From contig NC_042999.1 of NCBI RefSeq assembly GCF_006345805.1, positions 83,576,001 through 83,640,000 of the forward strand: a DNA stretch of 64,000 bases. The letters are read 5' to 3'. Positions 1 to 12,302 of the stretch are shown here, in pieces. This stretch comes from Octopus sinensis. Its lineage: Eukaryota. How positions within the stretch are numbered: position 1 is the stretch's first letter; each line of letters starts with the position of its first letter. Made by a program: the position numbers and the translations under genes. The notes beneath the pieces are model-generated. The model made no database searches, was not told the origin of the DNA, and saw nothing but the letters and a program-made list of their open reading frames with translations.

Positions 1-92
1 AGTGGCGGTTTTTTTGACTATTTATTAAAATTTTATGTATTGATTAAGTCTTTCCTTGTTTGTTTTGCAAAATAGTGGTTTTGTCTCTAATA

Positions 93-132
<40 letters not shown>

Positions 133-139
<7 letters not shown>

Positions 140-592
140 TTAGCATCCCGCATATCCTGAGGGACTGTACCCTCTTCCCAGCACTGACACAGAAACTCAT
201 GAAGGTGCCGAAGCAAGATGGTATTTTTACCGGCTTTGATGATCTCTGAGGGGTTGCCATCTCTTCCCGGAGCCTTGTTACTGGCTAGTGAGTCAATAGC
301 CTTGGTGAGCTCTGCTATAGATGGCAGACTGTCAAGTTCGACAATGACTGGCAAGATCTTGACACCCTCGATTGCAGCCTCAGCTACCGTAGTCTCTCGT
401 GAGTAGAGATCCTGGTAGTACTCCACCCATCTATCCATTTGTTTGCTTTGGTCTTTGATGAGATCTCCAGTAGTTGCTTTCAGAGTGGCTGACTTGGTTA
501 CGGATGGACCGAGGGCCTTCTTCAAACCGGCATACATCCCACGGGTGTCGCCACTGTCAGCAGCTGACTGGATACTCTGACAGTTTTCCTGC
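133..592 (-). mobile_element. RTE-clade (BovB-like) LINE fragment, endonuclease-RT linker up to start of RT
   Basis: ORF 25..537(-): MYAGLKKALGP...QMDRWVEYYQDLY...ELTKAIDSLASNKAPGRDG...CWEEGTVPQDMRDANII, typical RTE pre-RT motifs (KAPGxDG, WEEGxVPQDMRDA); truncated by a (TA)n tract. Confidence 0.85.
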
Positions 593-596
593 CAAT

Positions 597-700
597 ATTA
601 GCAACTGGGAAGCAGTTGCCAGCAACCGTGGAGATTGGTGATGTACCGTAAAAGAGGGAACACAAGGAGTGACAAAAAGAGAGAGAGAGAGAGGAGAAAT
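597..700 (+). mobile_element. RTE LINE C-terminal fragment, opposite orientation to the adjacent fragment
   Basis: Manual + strand translation ISNWEAVASNRGDW*CTVKEG resembles the RTE C-terminal WExLAxDRxxWR motif. Confidence 0.55.
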
Positions 701-920
701 GGAAAGACAGGAAAAGACGTCAACAAGAAACTATGGCATTACAACCAGCCAGGCAAAGTATTCGCTACATTTGCGGCACATGCCAGAGTGCCGCACATGC
801 CAGAGTGTTTGTCCAGGATAAGACTACACAGCCACAGCAGATGTATTAGGACATGAAATGTAAAAGCCGGACTAGATTATTCTATGCGCAACTCCATTGC
901 CTCCCGAGATAAAAGGATGC

Positions 921-967
<47 letters not shown>

Positions 968-1420
968 ATAGACGAATGTTGAGGTGGTTTGGCCACATGG
1001 AGAAGATGGATGAGGAGCGGATAGTAAGGAGAGTGATGAAGGCAGAAGTGGCAAGCAGCAGAACCAGAGGCAGACCTCGGTTTGTGTGGATGGATGGGGT
1101 TAGGAAAACTTTGGTGGTTAGAGGTGTTGGGGTGAGATAGGCAAGAGGGTTTATAAATGATAGGAAAGCTTAGAGAGTGTTTGTTGATGGATGAGTAAAT
1201 TTGATATTCCTCAAAGGAGTACGGAACCAGCATGATGCGGCGGGGAGTAAACTACCATATGCTGTCAGGCCCCGCAGCTGATATTGGAGGTCGCGTTCTA
1301 TGCCTTGACCCGAGCATAGAACGGGGCTTCTTTCTTTGAGTTGAGAAATGAATGGAATGCCTGGTGTGTGTCTTGTTGTGGCTACCTCCTCCTAAAAAAT
1401 GGGGAATAGGCCTGGGTATA
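968..1420 (+). mobile_element. RTE/RTE-X LINE 3' end with 3' UTR
   Basis: Translation MLRWFGHMEKMDEERIVRRVMKAEVASSRTRGRPRFVWMDGVRK, the classic LRWFGHxxRM...RxRGRP...WxD C-terminal motif; bounded by (TA)n tracts. Confidence 0.8.
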
Positions 1421-1473
1421 TAAATATATATATACATATATGTATATATATGTGTATGTATATATATGTGTAT

Positions 1474-1645
1474 TTTCAAAGGGTCAGCCTTGTCACTCTC
1501 TGTGTCACGCTGATTATCCCCGAGAACTACGTTAAGGGTACACGTGTCTGTGGAATGCTCAGCCATTTGCACGTTAATTTCACGAGCAAGCTGTTCCGTT
1601 GATCGTATCAGCTGGGACCCTCGTCGTCGTAACCGGCGGAGTCTT
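1474..1645 (-). mobile_element. Dispersed repeat (SINE 3' part), homologous to 45488..45690
   Basis: Reverse complement aligns by eye to 45495-45660 (ctcgtgaaattaac...gtggctgag...cacagagtgtgacaaggct). Confidence 0.7.
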
Positions 1646-1679
1646 TCTTCTTCTATGTGTATGTATATACTTATATGTA

Positions 1680-1747
<68 letters not shown>

Positions 1748-1760
1748 ATATATATATACA

Positions 1761-1876
1761 TTTTTCTGACGAAGAGCTCCGCTCGAAACGTTAATCCATC
1801 CTTCTTTCCTTCTTTCCTGAGCGTCCAATAACACTATACTTGTTCCACGTCCTCGCGTTGTTGTGTTTGTTCTTCG
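1761..1876 (+). mobile_element. Hammerhead-bearing short element, family A (Penelope terminal-repeat-like), 5'-truncated, next to (TA)n
   Basis: Shares ctgacgaagagctccgctcgaaacgttaa...tttcctgagcgtccaataa...ttgttccacgtc with copies at 17.8, 40.7 and 41.8 kb. Confidence 0.75.
1763..1794 (+). ncRNA. Minimal type I hammerhead ribozyme, canonical core
   Basis: UUU-CUGACGA-A-GAGC(UCC)GCUC-GAAAC-GUU-AA: 4-bp stem II, palindromic stem III (ACGU), weak stem I. Confidence 0.65.
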
Positions 1877-3542
1877 TACATATATATACACTTGTATGTA
1901 TACATATTTATGTATATACATGATATATATTCATGTATGTATGTATGTATGTATGTATGTATGTATGCATGCATGCATGGATATCAAGTAAACATTTGAC
2001 TAAATGATATTGACTGCCAAAACCTCTCAAGATCAGAATATATCCACAGACGTAAGCACGTATATCTAGAGGACAAGGTACTTAAATAAAAAAAAAAGAA
2101 AAGCGAAAAAAAGAAACAGCTGAGAATGAGTAATGAGAATGCAACAAGCTCTCTATGTGGAAATGGTATAGATATCACACTTAAGAACATGCTTGTCCCT
2201 ACTGACAAGAAAATAAATGTGAGTTGCCTTGTTGTCAATGATACAATGAAAGCCTTATGTATTTTGATAAATATTTCGATTCTCTCTAAGCAAATGTCGG
2301 ACGTTAGGTAGCAAAGTGCTATTGAAATACCAAGGAACTCAACATAGAAAAACGCAAAAAAGATATGAGCAATAACAGAAAAAGACAGTCGCAATGTATG
2401 GTTAGAAAATACTATTACTAAGTAGAAATGCTATAGTAGTAGTTCTTACGCACGAACCACAAATAATATTCTATACACAACCTACATTTTACGTAAGGTA
2501 CTTTCCAGATTAACTTTTCGTCTATCATCACTCAAGTAAGTGTTTATTCATTTAAGTATAGCATTTCCTCAAATATGAGACCATGGGCTTATTTTAAATA
2601 TCATTATATTACGAAAATATTTCTAGGAGGTGGCTTGGGCGAATCCCTAGAAGACAGGCACAATAACTGTCCTAATTAGCTATGAACCCTTGTGCTTTGA
2701 CTAAATCTTGTTTAGGCTAATTTTACCTTTTATCCTCCCGGTGTCAAGAACATAGATTAAATGTCAAAATCTGTAGTCGATTTAATCGAATATATCATCA
2801 CCAGCATGTGTAACCTTGTGCCAGTATTAGAAATCAATAAAATAAAAAAAAAACTTTATAATATTGATTATAAATTTCACGAAAAACGAGGGGAGACATT
2901 AAAATAACACAACATGATACAAGAGAAAGCACTCAACATAGGTACGTAAATGGACCAGAGACATATTTCCACTACACTATAATACAATAAACGACTTCAA
3001 AAAACCAAAAACACATACTGTGATGCGGTGAAAAATCTGTAGGAAAGCACGACTAAAATCAAATAATGATTTCTAACCTAAAACTCAAGGTCACATAAGA
3101 TGAGGAAGTGGGTGTGTCTAGTAAATCGACAGCTTTACTTGACTCTTACCTATTATATCGGCTGCACAAACAGATAATTTAGGTTGTGAAAATATAAATA
3201 TATATTTAGCGATATAAATATGGAAATAATGTAATCTAACATTCGATTTAAAAGTGGCATTTTAATATATATGTATATGTATATGTAAATTTCGTTTAGG
3301 GATTTTAGAACTAGCTACTTTGCTAACACACTCATACACACACATATATATATATATAATATAAAATAATATGATATAGAATAATAATAATATAATATAA
3401 AATAATATAATATATGAAATATATTATAATATACGTGGCTTCTTAGCAATTGAACCTAAAGGCAAATTAATAAACAAGGACACAAAGTAGTACACACACA
3501 CACACACACACACTCACATACACATACACACGTGTATTTCTC

Positions 3543-4733
3543 GGTTTAAGAAGAGACAAAATTTAGATAATCATCCTATAGTCATGATTTACATCAGCGT
3601 AATAAATACGTATAAGACAATAAATATACCAAGACAAGGAACATATCAATATATTATTTAGAATAGAGATAAAAAAATACGAGGCAAAAATATACGTGGA
3701 AAGGATAAAGAGTGATACATCGATTAAAGATTCATATTAAATTTAAGATTAAAAATGTTGAATTAAGAATTAAAAGTTGTAAGATACAACGACTGCAGGG
3801 AAATCTTAATGATGGATTTAAAAATCAGAGAAATAATAAGGATAAATTTGTTTTAAGAGTCCCAAAGAAAGTTAATCTGCCATCATCCTACACTAAAAAT
3901 CGTGAATCATAGTAAAAGTGGTTGCTATCTGATACAGTAGCCTATGACCAACATGAACTAACCTTAAATTATCCTTTCTATATTTCTTCGGTGAAGGCGC
4001 AATGGCCCAGTGGTTAGGGCAGCGGACTCGCGGTCGTAGGATCGCGGTTTCGATTCCCAGACCGGGCGTTGTGAGTATTTATTGGCCGAAAACACCTAAA
4101 GCTCCACGAAGCTCCGGCAGGGGGTGGTGGCGATCCCTACTGTACTCTTTCGCCACAACTTTCTCTCATTTTTTCTTCTGTTGGCCTGCTCGCTTAGCCA
4201 GCGGGGTGGTGTCATTTGAAGGCTAAAACAATGCAAAGCGCATTGTGACCACTGATGTGTAGCAACATCTGATAGCCTGGTCGGTCACGGTGATATTTCT
4301 TAGATTCTTGCTACCTATTTCTTTATTTCTTTAAGAAGGGGGGCATTGTCAGTGTGGAACTAAAAGATTCATACCTTGTAGACAAATGGACTCCAGAAAC
4401 GACATTCGGAATACATCTTATATGGTGCTATAACCCTCTATAAACATTTCTTTAACTCTTAAAACAAATTTATCCTTATTTCTCTGATTTTTAATTCCAT
4501 CATTAAAATTTCTCTAACGTGGATATCTCTTACATTTAATTCTTAATTCAACATTTTTAATCTTAAATTTAAAGAGTTTTAATCGATGTATCACTCTTTA
4601 TGTATTTATCTTTTTCACTTATATTTTTACCTCATCTTTGTCTTATTTCTATTCGAAATAATATATTCTTGTCTTAGTGTATTTATTGTGATGTAAATCA
4701 TAACTATAGGATGATTTTGTCTCTTCTTAAACC
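3543..4733. repeat. Diverged ~300-bp inverted repeat pair (3543..3860 and 4455..4733)
   Basis: ggtttaagaagagacaaaat...gataaatttgttttaagagt recurs as its reverse complement at 4455-4733; the spacer contains a SINE. Confidence 0.75.
3989..4292 (+). mobile_element. Full-length tRNA-derived SINE with 9-bp target-site duplication
   Basis: A box TGGCCCAGTGG and B box-like GGTTTCGATTCCC; atatttctt at 3980-3988 and 4293-4301. Confidence 0.85.
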
Positions 4734-5439
4734 AAGATATGTAATGTCTAGCGTTTCGGATTCGACCCGAGGGCTTCCAAGCAATTGTAGCTCTCAGTTA
4801 TGTTACAGGTTACAGCTAATGGCATCGATTAGTATTTAACGTCTATGACTACTAGGAGTTTGTCACGTACGCTTTATATTCTTCTGTAGGTTAATTCCAT
4901 GTTCGCTACACGGGATGGTAATATTTGGAGTATATGTTAGGAATAATTATAATGATAGAGAATATGGAGACTGGTACATCCTTCTCAGAATTTGTTTCTT
5001 TTATTTTACAATGTCATAAATATATTTCGTTCATTTTTGCATTTGGTTTGCAAGATTCATTATGTGAATTCGTGTGTTGAAGCATATTTTATTGTGTCTG
5101 GGGAAAGTCATTTCGTTTTAATGCCTTATCAATTAACACACCCACCGGTTCGATTTCCACTTATTTACTTATTCATACTTTTCTAAAATTTTCGCTGCTT
5201 CTTGCAACCTCTTCAATAGTCGTTGACTCTGTCCGTTATCGGCGCTCCGATTTATTTTAGAGAAAATAAGTAAATGAGTGGGAGTTGAACCAGTGAATGT
5301 GTTAATTAATAAGGTATTAAAACAGAATGACTCTCTCCAGACACAATATATATATATATATATAGATACATATATACATGCATAAACACACACGCATGCC
5401 ACATGCATACACACGCACACATATATATATGCATATATA

Positions 5440-5508
<69 letters not shown>

Positions 5509-5585
5509 GATACATACATACATAGATTCAGATATGGTACTTAATTTGAGGCATTATCCATAAAATTTCAAAGTAAGGTGATTAA

Positions 5586-5855
5586 AATCAAAATAAGCAA
5601 CAAGGATATCCAGACAGTACGATCGTTTCATGCAACTCCATTTAATTGAACAATGCAATCATTACATCAATTTAAAATGCAGATCAATCCTCAGCTGCAC
5701 AAAGACATAGAATTTAATTAAATTCTATGTTTTGTGCAGCTGAAGATTGTTCTGCATTTTAAATTGATGTAATGATTGCATTGTTCAATTAAATGGAGTT
5801 GCAGGAAACGATCGTACTGCATTACCGCTGGATATCCTTGTTGCTTATTTTGATT
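5586..5855. repeat. Spacer-less foldback palindrome, ~132-bp arms
   Basis: Centre agaatttaa|ttaaattct at 5717/5718; arms are reverse complements apart from a few substitutions and a small indel. Confidence 0.95.
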
Positions 5856-5859
5856 ATAT

Positions 5860-5911
<52 letters not shown>

Positions 5912-5914
5912 AAC

Positions 5915-6185
5915 GAGGCACTGTCAAGCCCTTGTATGACTCTTGAGCCCGGACAAAGATTTGTATATTCTATTGAATAATATACTGCTTTACTGGCTGC
6001 CAGGAGGAATAGGTGCCACAGTATGAAGACTTTTGACATGCCTTTTCAATCCTCCAACTGAAAGGCACACCTTTCCACGGGTTGTACATGTTCTGTTTTC
6101 AACAATAGCCGTATCACAATTTATAAGGGGTTGATTCCTATGAGTTCCTATGGCTCAAGCATTTCCTACCAGAAATCATACACGT
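5915..6185 (-). pseudogene. Degenerate tandem C2H2-type zinc-finger remnant, probably an RTE ORF C-terminus
   Basis: Manual translation CMISGRKCLSH.. / RTCTTRGKVCLSVGGLKRHVKSLH...*...NRIYKSLSGLKSHTRA*; repeated GLKxH motif. Confidence 0.55.
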
Positions 6186-6205
6186 AAAAAGCGACACTCG
6201 TTCAT

Positions 6206-6274
<69 letters not shown>

Positions 6275-7533
6275 CTCTCTCTATATATATGTATATGTGC
6301 GTATGTGTGTGTGTATACATACATACATGCATACATACATATCAACAAAACTTGAAAATTCTTTTTTCTACAGTCGCAGTATTTGAAAAACTTTTCTTAA
6401 ATCAAAAAAATAGATCTATATACATACATATATGTGTATATGTGTGTATGTGTTGTGTGTGTGTGTGTGGTGTGTGTGTGTGTGTGTTTGCGTGCGAATA
6501 AGTATTTCTGACATAGGCACAAAGCTATTCATTATAGGGGAAATGTCGATTAAATCTGGGCCATATCGATTGATAATTATTTTATCGGTTCAGGGAAGAT
6601 AAAAAGTAATATCCATTACAGAAGGGATTTGAGATTAAAACATAAATGGACGTAAAAACAATCTGTTTGATGATCTACCGATTCTGCAAACCTACGGCTT
6701 TTCACAGAAATAATTGTTTCGAAATTAGGCGCATTTTGAAGGGAGTACGTTAGATCGATACCATCGCCTTCTGTAGATGGCTAGTACTATTATCGATCCT
6801 GGAGAGATGAAAGGCAAAGTTCATCTCGGTGTGATTTGAACACGAAATGTAAAGAGCTGAGACAAAAACTGCAATGTATTTTCAATGGCGCTCGAAATAT
6901 TTTGCCCATCTGTGACCCTTACAGGAGCAGGTAATGTTATGTAATCGCGATCTAATATACCATTAGCTGTTATGACTAAGATAAGCTGAAAATCTAATAG
7001 AAATAACGTAGATACAGGGCCACGGTTTTCGCGAGAACAAATGTTTGATTAAATCGCTTTGTTATCTTAGTAATTTTGGAATGCTGAAAGGCGAAGTCAA
7101 CCTCAGTGAAATCTGAAATATAAATTTGTCAAAAGCGAATACTGAAAACTTTATGTAAACTTTCTGTTAACTCTACATTGAAGTTAGCTGATGTTTTATA
7201 AAATTTGTTTTCATAAAATATAATCCCTGCGCAAGCCTAAAAATATAACAGTCTTTAGTCGTAAGAAAAAGGTGACGCCGCGAAACTAAGAGTAACAATG
7301 TAACGATAGTGTAAGAATCTACTCCTTAACATATACATATATTTAAATATACATGTACATATTCCTTTCCATATCGGTTAACACTGATGAGCGTAAAGTT
7401 ATATAATCGGATTGTAAGCTATCATTCCATTGTATTTTTACGCGTAACTGATTGTTAAGCTCAGCCGTGATGGATATTTAATACTGTACATTTCGGATAA
7501 TGTTTATACACACACACATAAACACACACACAT

Positions 7534-7589
<56 letters not shown>

Positions 7590-8399
7590 TATTGATGTCA
7601 CATACTTAATGTATGCAGTTATTTCATCGGAAGTGGGTGAATTCAAAATATCAGGAGATAATTCTAACTCTTTTCTTACTGAAAATTTTCTTCCATGCAT
7701 CATATTAAATTTCGAAATCTTCTTCAATTTGACAAGTGCTTTGTCACTGGTAGAGTTTTTTTGGCTATAATATAGTTTGATTATGATAAGTATGTATGTA
7801 TGTATGTATGTATGTATGTATGTATGTATGTATGTATGTATGTATGTATGTATGTATGTATGTATGTATGCATGAATGTATGTATTATGTATATATCTAT
7901 ATACATATATATAATATGTATATATAATACATATATATATAATGTAATATATATATATATATGACCATATATATATATATATATATACACATGTATACAT
8001 ACACACGTCCACATGTATCTATATTGATTGCTTCTTACACAGGAGCCAAGTTTCTTGCTTTACTACGTTTGTAGTCGAATGTTAATTACATCTATACAGC
8101 ATGATTCCAATGGGACGAGTTTATAAACGTCTTACGAGAATTGTTTTAGGTTTTCTTTATGACAACTAATTTCGGAAGTCGAAGAATGATTATCCATTGT
8201 GTGTGTATGTGTGTGTGTGTATTCCCTTATCTTGGATCCTCAAATTCCGATTGAGTCATAGGGAAACCAACATGATATATTGAACGCTAGTGTTCTCCTT
8301 CTGTCGCATTTATGTACCAGAGCTTGGGTTCCCATCAGCGATTTGGCTGTCCACACTTTAATACTGTCCTTCTTTTTCACTCTACTTCTTTCTCCTTCA

Positions 8400-9560
8400 G
8401 AGACTTGTTGATAAAAGAATTTTGCATGAATATTAGACCATAATATCCCAGCCTCCTTTTTTTCCACCGTTATGGCAAGACCTATTGTTGACACAAGCCC
8501 GAATAAGCTGAACAGCAAAACTGAAGACGTCAGTAAAAAAATGCGGAAGACCCAACTGTAGGATATGCGTCAATTTAATTGAGTTCTTCAATCAGGGACA
8601 ACGTTTCACAGTGAAAAGTAGTTTCACATATGCTTCGGAGAACCTGATATACGCACTAACCTGCTCTGGGTGTCAAGAGCAATACATAGGCCAAACAAAA
8701 AACAGTCTGCCTCAAAAGATGGCTCTGCACAGATCCAAGATCAAAACTCCCCCCCATCCCCAAATAGCATTCGACATTTGCGCCTATAACAAAAATCCAA
8801 GCTTCAGAATTTTCCCCTCTATCAGTTCAGGGACGACACAACTTGTAGCCTACGAATTAGTAAAGAGACTCTCTTCTTTACAAAATACAGATCCCTTTTG
8901 AACGCATCTACAACAAACGACATATCCACCGCGGTCTTAGAATAACACACACGTAAATATTAAAAATGATTCATTTCAGAGATACCCAAGAATTCCTTAT
9001 AAACAGTACCAATCACTGCTATAATCCAAAACGAGTCACTTTTATGTCACTTGATCATTTAATACTACCATCCTGTATTCTTTTATTATTCTTCTCTATC
9101 TCCTTCTTCGTCTTTTTCTTCCTCTCCGCCACCTCCTTCCTTACTTTACTACTACTGCTATTTAGAATTAACACCTACGCAAATACAAGCAATATATTCA
9201 AAAGAGATATCTCAAGAATTCAATCACTACTAGCGTCCAAACATGTCCCTTTCAGGGCATTTAACATCTTACAACTATCATAGCACTCCTGCATTCCTCC
9301 TCCTCCTCCTCCTCCCCTTCTTCTTCCTATTCTCTGCCTAGAATTCACAATGGCCTCATACCCACAAGAGTAAACAAGAGTGACAGAGACAGACAGAAAC
9401 AAGGAAAATGCCCTTTGTATTTGAATACTATGCGAATATTCTTTTAAAAAAACTTTCCATTTAATTTTTCCAAAATTTAATTGTTTCCATACTTACAGTT
9501 GAAAAAGTCTCAATGACCGAAACCGGTACTGAAATGTATTTTATAAAATTATTTTAGCAT
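8400..9560 (+). mobile_element. Penelope-like element 3' remnant (Cys linker, GIY-YIG endonuclease, 3' terminal region)
   Basis: KKCGRPNCRICVNLIE at ~8535 and ORF 8611..8901 (SENLIYALTCSGCQEQYIGQT...LHRS), homologous to the endonuclease of the 28377..29171 ORF. Confidence 0.85.
9496..9531 (+). ncRNA. Minimal type I hammerhead with U3-A8 core
   Basis: CAG-UUGAAAA-aGUC(UCAAU)GACc-GAAAC(CG)GUA-CUG; palindromic ACCGGU stem III; in the PLE 3' end. Confidence 0.6.
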
Positions 9561-9636
9561 TTTCAACCTTGACACACTCACATATGGATACATACCTACC
9601 TACCTACATACATACATACATACATACATACATACA

Positions 9637-9672
<36 letters not shown>

Positions 9673-9676
9673 TATA

Positions 9677-9862
9677 TCGCCATGATAGATCGCTAGCCAT
9701 TACGCATTCTTTATTTACTCTCCTTGTTTCTTTCTGTGTTCCTTTCTGTGGAAGAGACTAGGCTCGAAACGTTAAAGAAGAATTTTTCACTTCCCGAGCG
9801 TTATACTAATACATCTGTTTGCTGCCTACACCACCTGTCTTTGTTTTTGTGAATTATCCCTA
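9677..9862 (+). mobile_element. Hammerhead-bearing short element, family B, flanked by microsatellite
   Basis: cgccatgatagatcg.tagcca...ctgtggaagagactaggctcgaaacgtt...gagcgttatactaatacatctgtttg, aligns with 45124..45325. Confidence 0.75.
9742..9777 (+). ncRNA. Hammerhead-like motif, A6U core variant (CUGUGGA)
   Basis: CUUU-CUGUGGA-A-GAG(ACUAGG)CUC-GAAAC-GUU-AAAG; 4-bp stem I. Confidence 0.45.
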
Positions 9863-9880
9863 TATACATATATATACAAC

Positions 9881-10020
9881 AGGCTTCTTGCAGTTTCCGT
9901 CTAAGAAATCCACTCACAAGACTTTGGGTCGACCCGAGGCTAAAGCAGAAACACTTTAGTAGTGGGACTGAACCCGGGAACCATGTGGTTGGGAAGCAAG
10001 CTTTTTATCACACAGTCACA
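9881..10020 (-). mobile_element. tRNA-derived SINE (family also at 11435, 18025, 56085, 63880)
   Basis: ggcttct..cagtttccgtcta..aaatccactcacaag.ctttgg..gacccgaggcta...cagtgggactgaaccc.gaaccatgtggttgggaagc; tRNA-like head on the minus strand. Confidence 0.75.
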
Positions 10021-11434
10021 CCTGTCCACATTTTTTGCATTACTTTCATTACACCCGTCATGACCGCAGAAAATAGCCAAACAATGGAAGAGGAATCTAA
10101 ATTTTAACAGAGAGAAAGGGGCAAGATCACATGGTTGGAAGAATCGAACACACACTATAGGGTTTGGTGCAGAGACTGAATACCCAGTCCGTGCATAAAG
10201 CATTCTTGATAGCGTATTTACTTACTGAATTACAGGTACGTTAATAGTATTTTACTTCAAAGATATACTCTATTACTCTATTAGGGAATATATACTATCA
10301 ATATTGTATATATATATATATATATATATATAGATATGTGTGTACAGCTAGACTATGTATACAATACCTTAGAGGGCAGAAACTAATGCGATTGATCCGT
10401 CTCTTTTGTTGACAACGAAGATATTTTAAACAAAAGTAAAGTTTTTACATTTATCTTTTACACAGTGTTGGCTAAAATTTATAGACACATTGTTCTGAAG
10501 TACAGTAGAATATTGAAATAAATTACTGTAAACGCTCCAGTAATGCATACATATATTCATACCTGTATATATTTACACATACACACACACACGCTCACAC
10601 ATATATGTAGTTGTTTGTTACTTCCGGTAGACTAATTTTTGTCATATTTTCTTTCGTTCTTGTCGGATTTCTTGTTATTTAGGTGTTTGTGTAACGCGTC
10701 ATTTCACTTTTCTCATTCAGTCTCCTTCTTTTCCTATTTTTGTGTATAATTTTATCATTCATTGTTAGTTCTTGTCTACACAAAACTAATTCTGCTTTAT
10801 ATAAGACCAATTATCTGCTTCGATTTCTCTTATTTACAGCATAACTACGCCAGAAACATATGGCTAAGTTGCTCTCACGCATGTCTGATCTGAACGATAA
10901 TAGACTAGCCTCTCAAATGCCACCGCCATTTCTTTCTCTTAATTCTCTGTGATTTTCAAATATTTTCTCGGAAACTATCAAATTTCGCATCTTCACACAC
11001 ACACATACACACACATACACACACATACGCACACACACACACACACACACACATGTAAGTATGTATGTATAAATCGTTTTTTCTTGCTATTTATTATTAA
11101 TATCATGTTGTCTTTCAAAATTTTTTTTTGCGTTGGGCGTTTATTTATTACGCCATTTTGCTTTCGTATTCATGTCTTTTTTTTCTTTGCTTTCTTCTCT
11201 TTTTTTTGTTTTTTTTTTCTTTTTTGTGGTCGTGAAAAACAAAAATAGTAAAAATGCATATTTCAAACTTAAAGTGTAGCTGTAAGCTTACTCCATCGAG
11301 GTCCGTAATACGCTTGCGAGTGTCTCCCGAGGAAGTGACATCTATTTTAACCTTAGGTCGACTGATACCATGTTAACGAAACGTTAACAGTACACAAGCG
11401 CGCACATGTAACACCCCTTCCATCACACATGTAT

Positions 11435-11588
11435 ATACGACGGTTTTCTTAAATTTTGCCGTCTACCAAATTCACTCACAGAGTTTTGGTTGTCCCTGAG
11501 CTATAGTAAATGACACTTGCCCAAAGTGCCACGCAGTAGAGTTGAAACCGAAACCATTTGGTTGGGAAGCTACTATCTTACCACACAA
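11435..11588 (-). mobile_element. tRNA-derived SINE, same family as 9881..10020
   Basis: gacacttgcccaaagtgccacgcagt...gaaaccatttggttgggaagc shared. Confidence 0.7.
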
Positions 11589-12237
11589 GCATACCTACGT
11601 ACAGAACCATGGCTCCGGGAAATGTTATTTATGTTTTTATTTGATTGACGACATATACGTTCAGATGAATTTACTTTGATCCGTTTCCATTTGATGCTAA
11701 CCTATTTTCTCAAATATTCACAGGCCTTGTCACGATTTCTTAGTTTGGTAGAATTTCAGTGACCCCGAAGAGGTGTAAAGCAAAGTTGACTGCAGCGAGA
11801 TCGGAACTGAGAGCGCTGTTAACTGAAAAGTGCTAACGAGTTTACTAGTTTCATGCTTTTGTAATAAATGCAATGAGTATACAACAAATGTTATCTATGT
11901 AAACGGTATTTCTACCAAGATGAACACTACGCTTAAATAGTAAAACTTTCAATTGGTTAAATATACACGCACACATGTATAAGCATACACACACACACAC
12001 GCGCGCGCGCACACACACACGCGCGCGCGCACACACACACACACAAACATAAATTTGATAGGAATTTATGGAAAGCTATCGAAATATTTTCCAAGAAATT
12101 ACATCGTTATGTATTCACCGAAAACTTGTTCACACACGTATACATACATATATAATACACACACACACACATACACACACCACACACACATCCCGCCTAC
12201 ATATATAATATATATATATAATATACATACACATATA

Positions 12238-12302
<65 letters not shown>

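Noticed and set aside
1228-1280. HDV-like ribozyme
   Set aside because: Lacks the L3/P1.1 and J4/2 consensus elements on either strand.
3995-4075. tRNA gene
   Set aside because: A/B boxes are present but the sequence continues into a SINE body with TSDs; not a free tRNA. Same for 60350-60420.
4745-4790. Hammerhead on minus strand (uuggaag...ccgaaacgcua)
   Set aside because: Core has extra substitutions, and the spacing and stem III do not fit.
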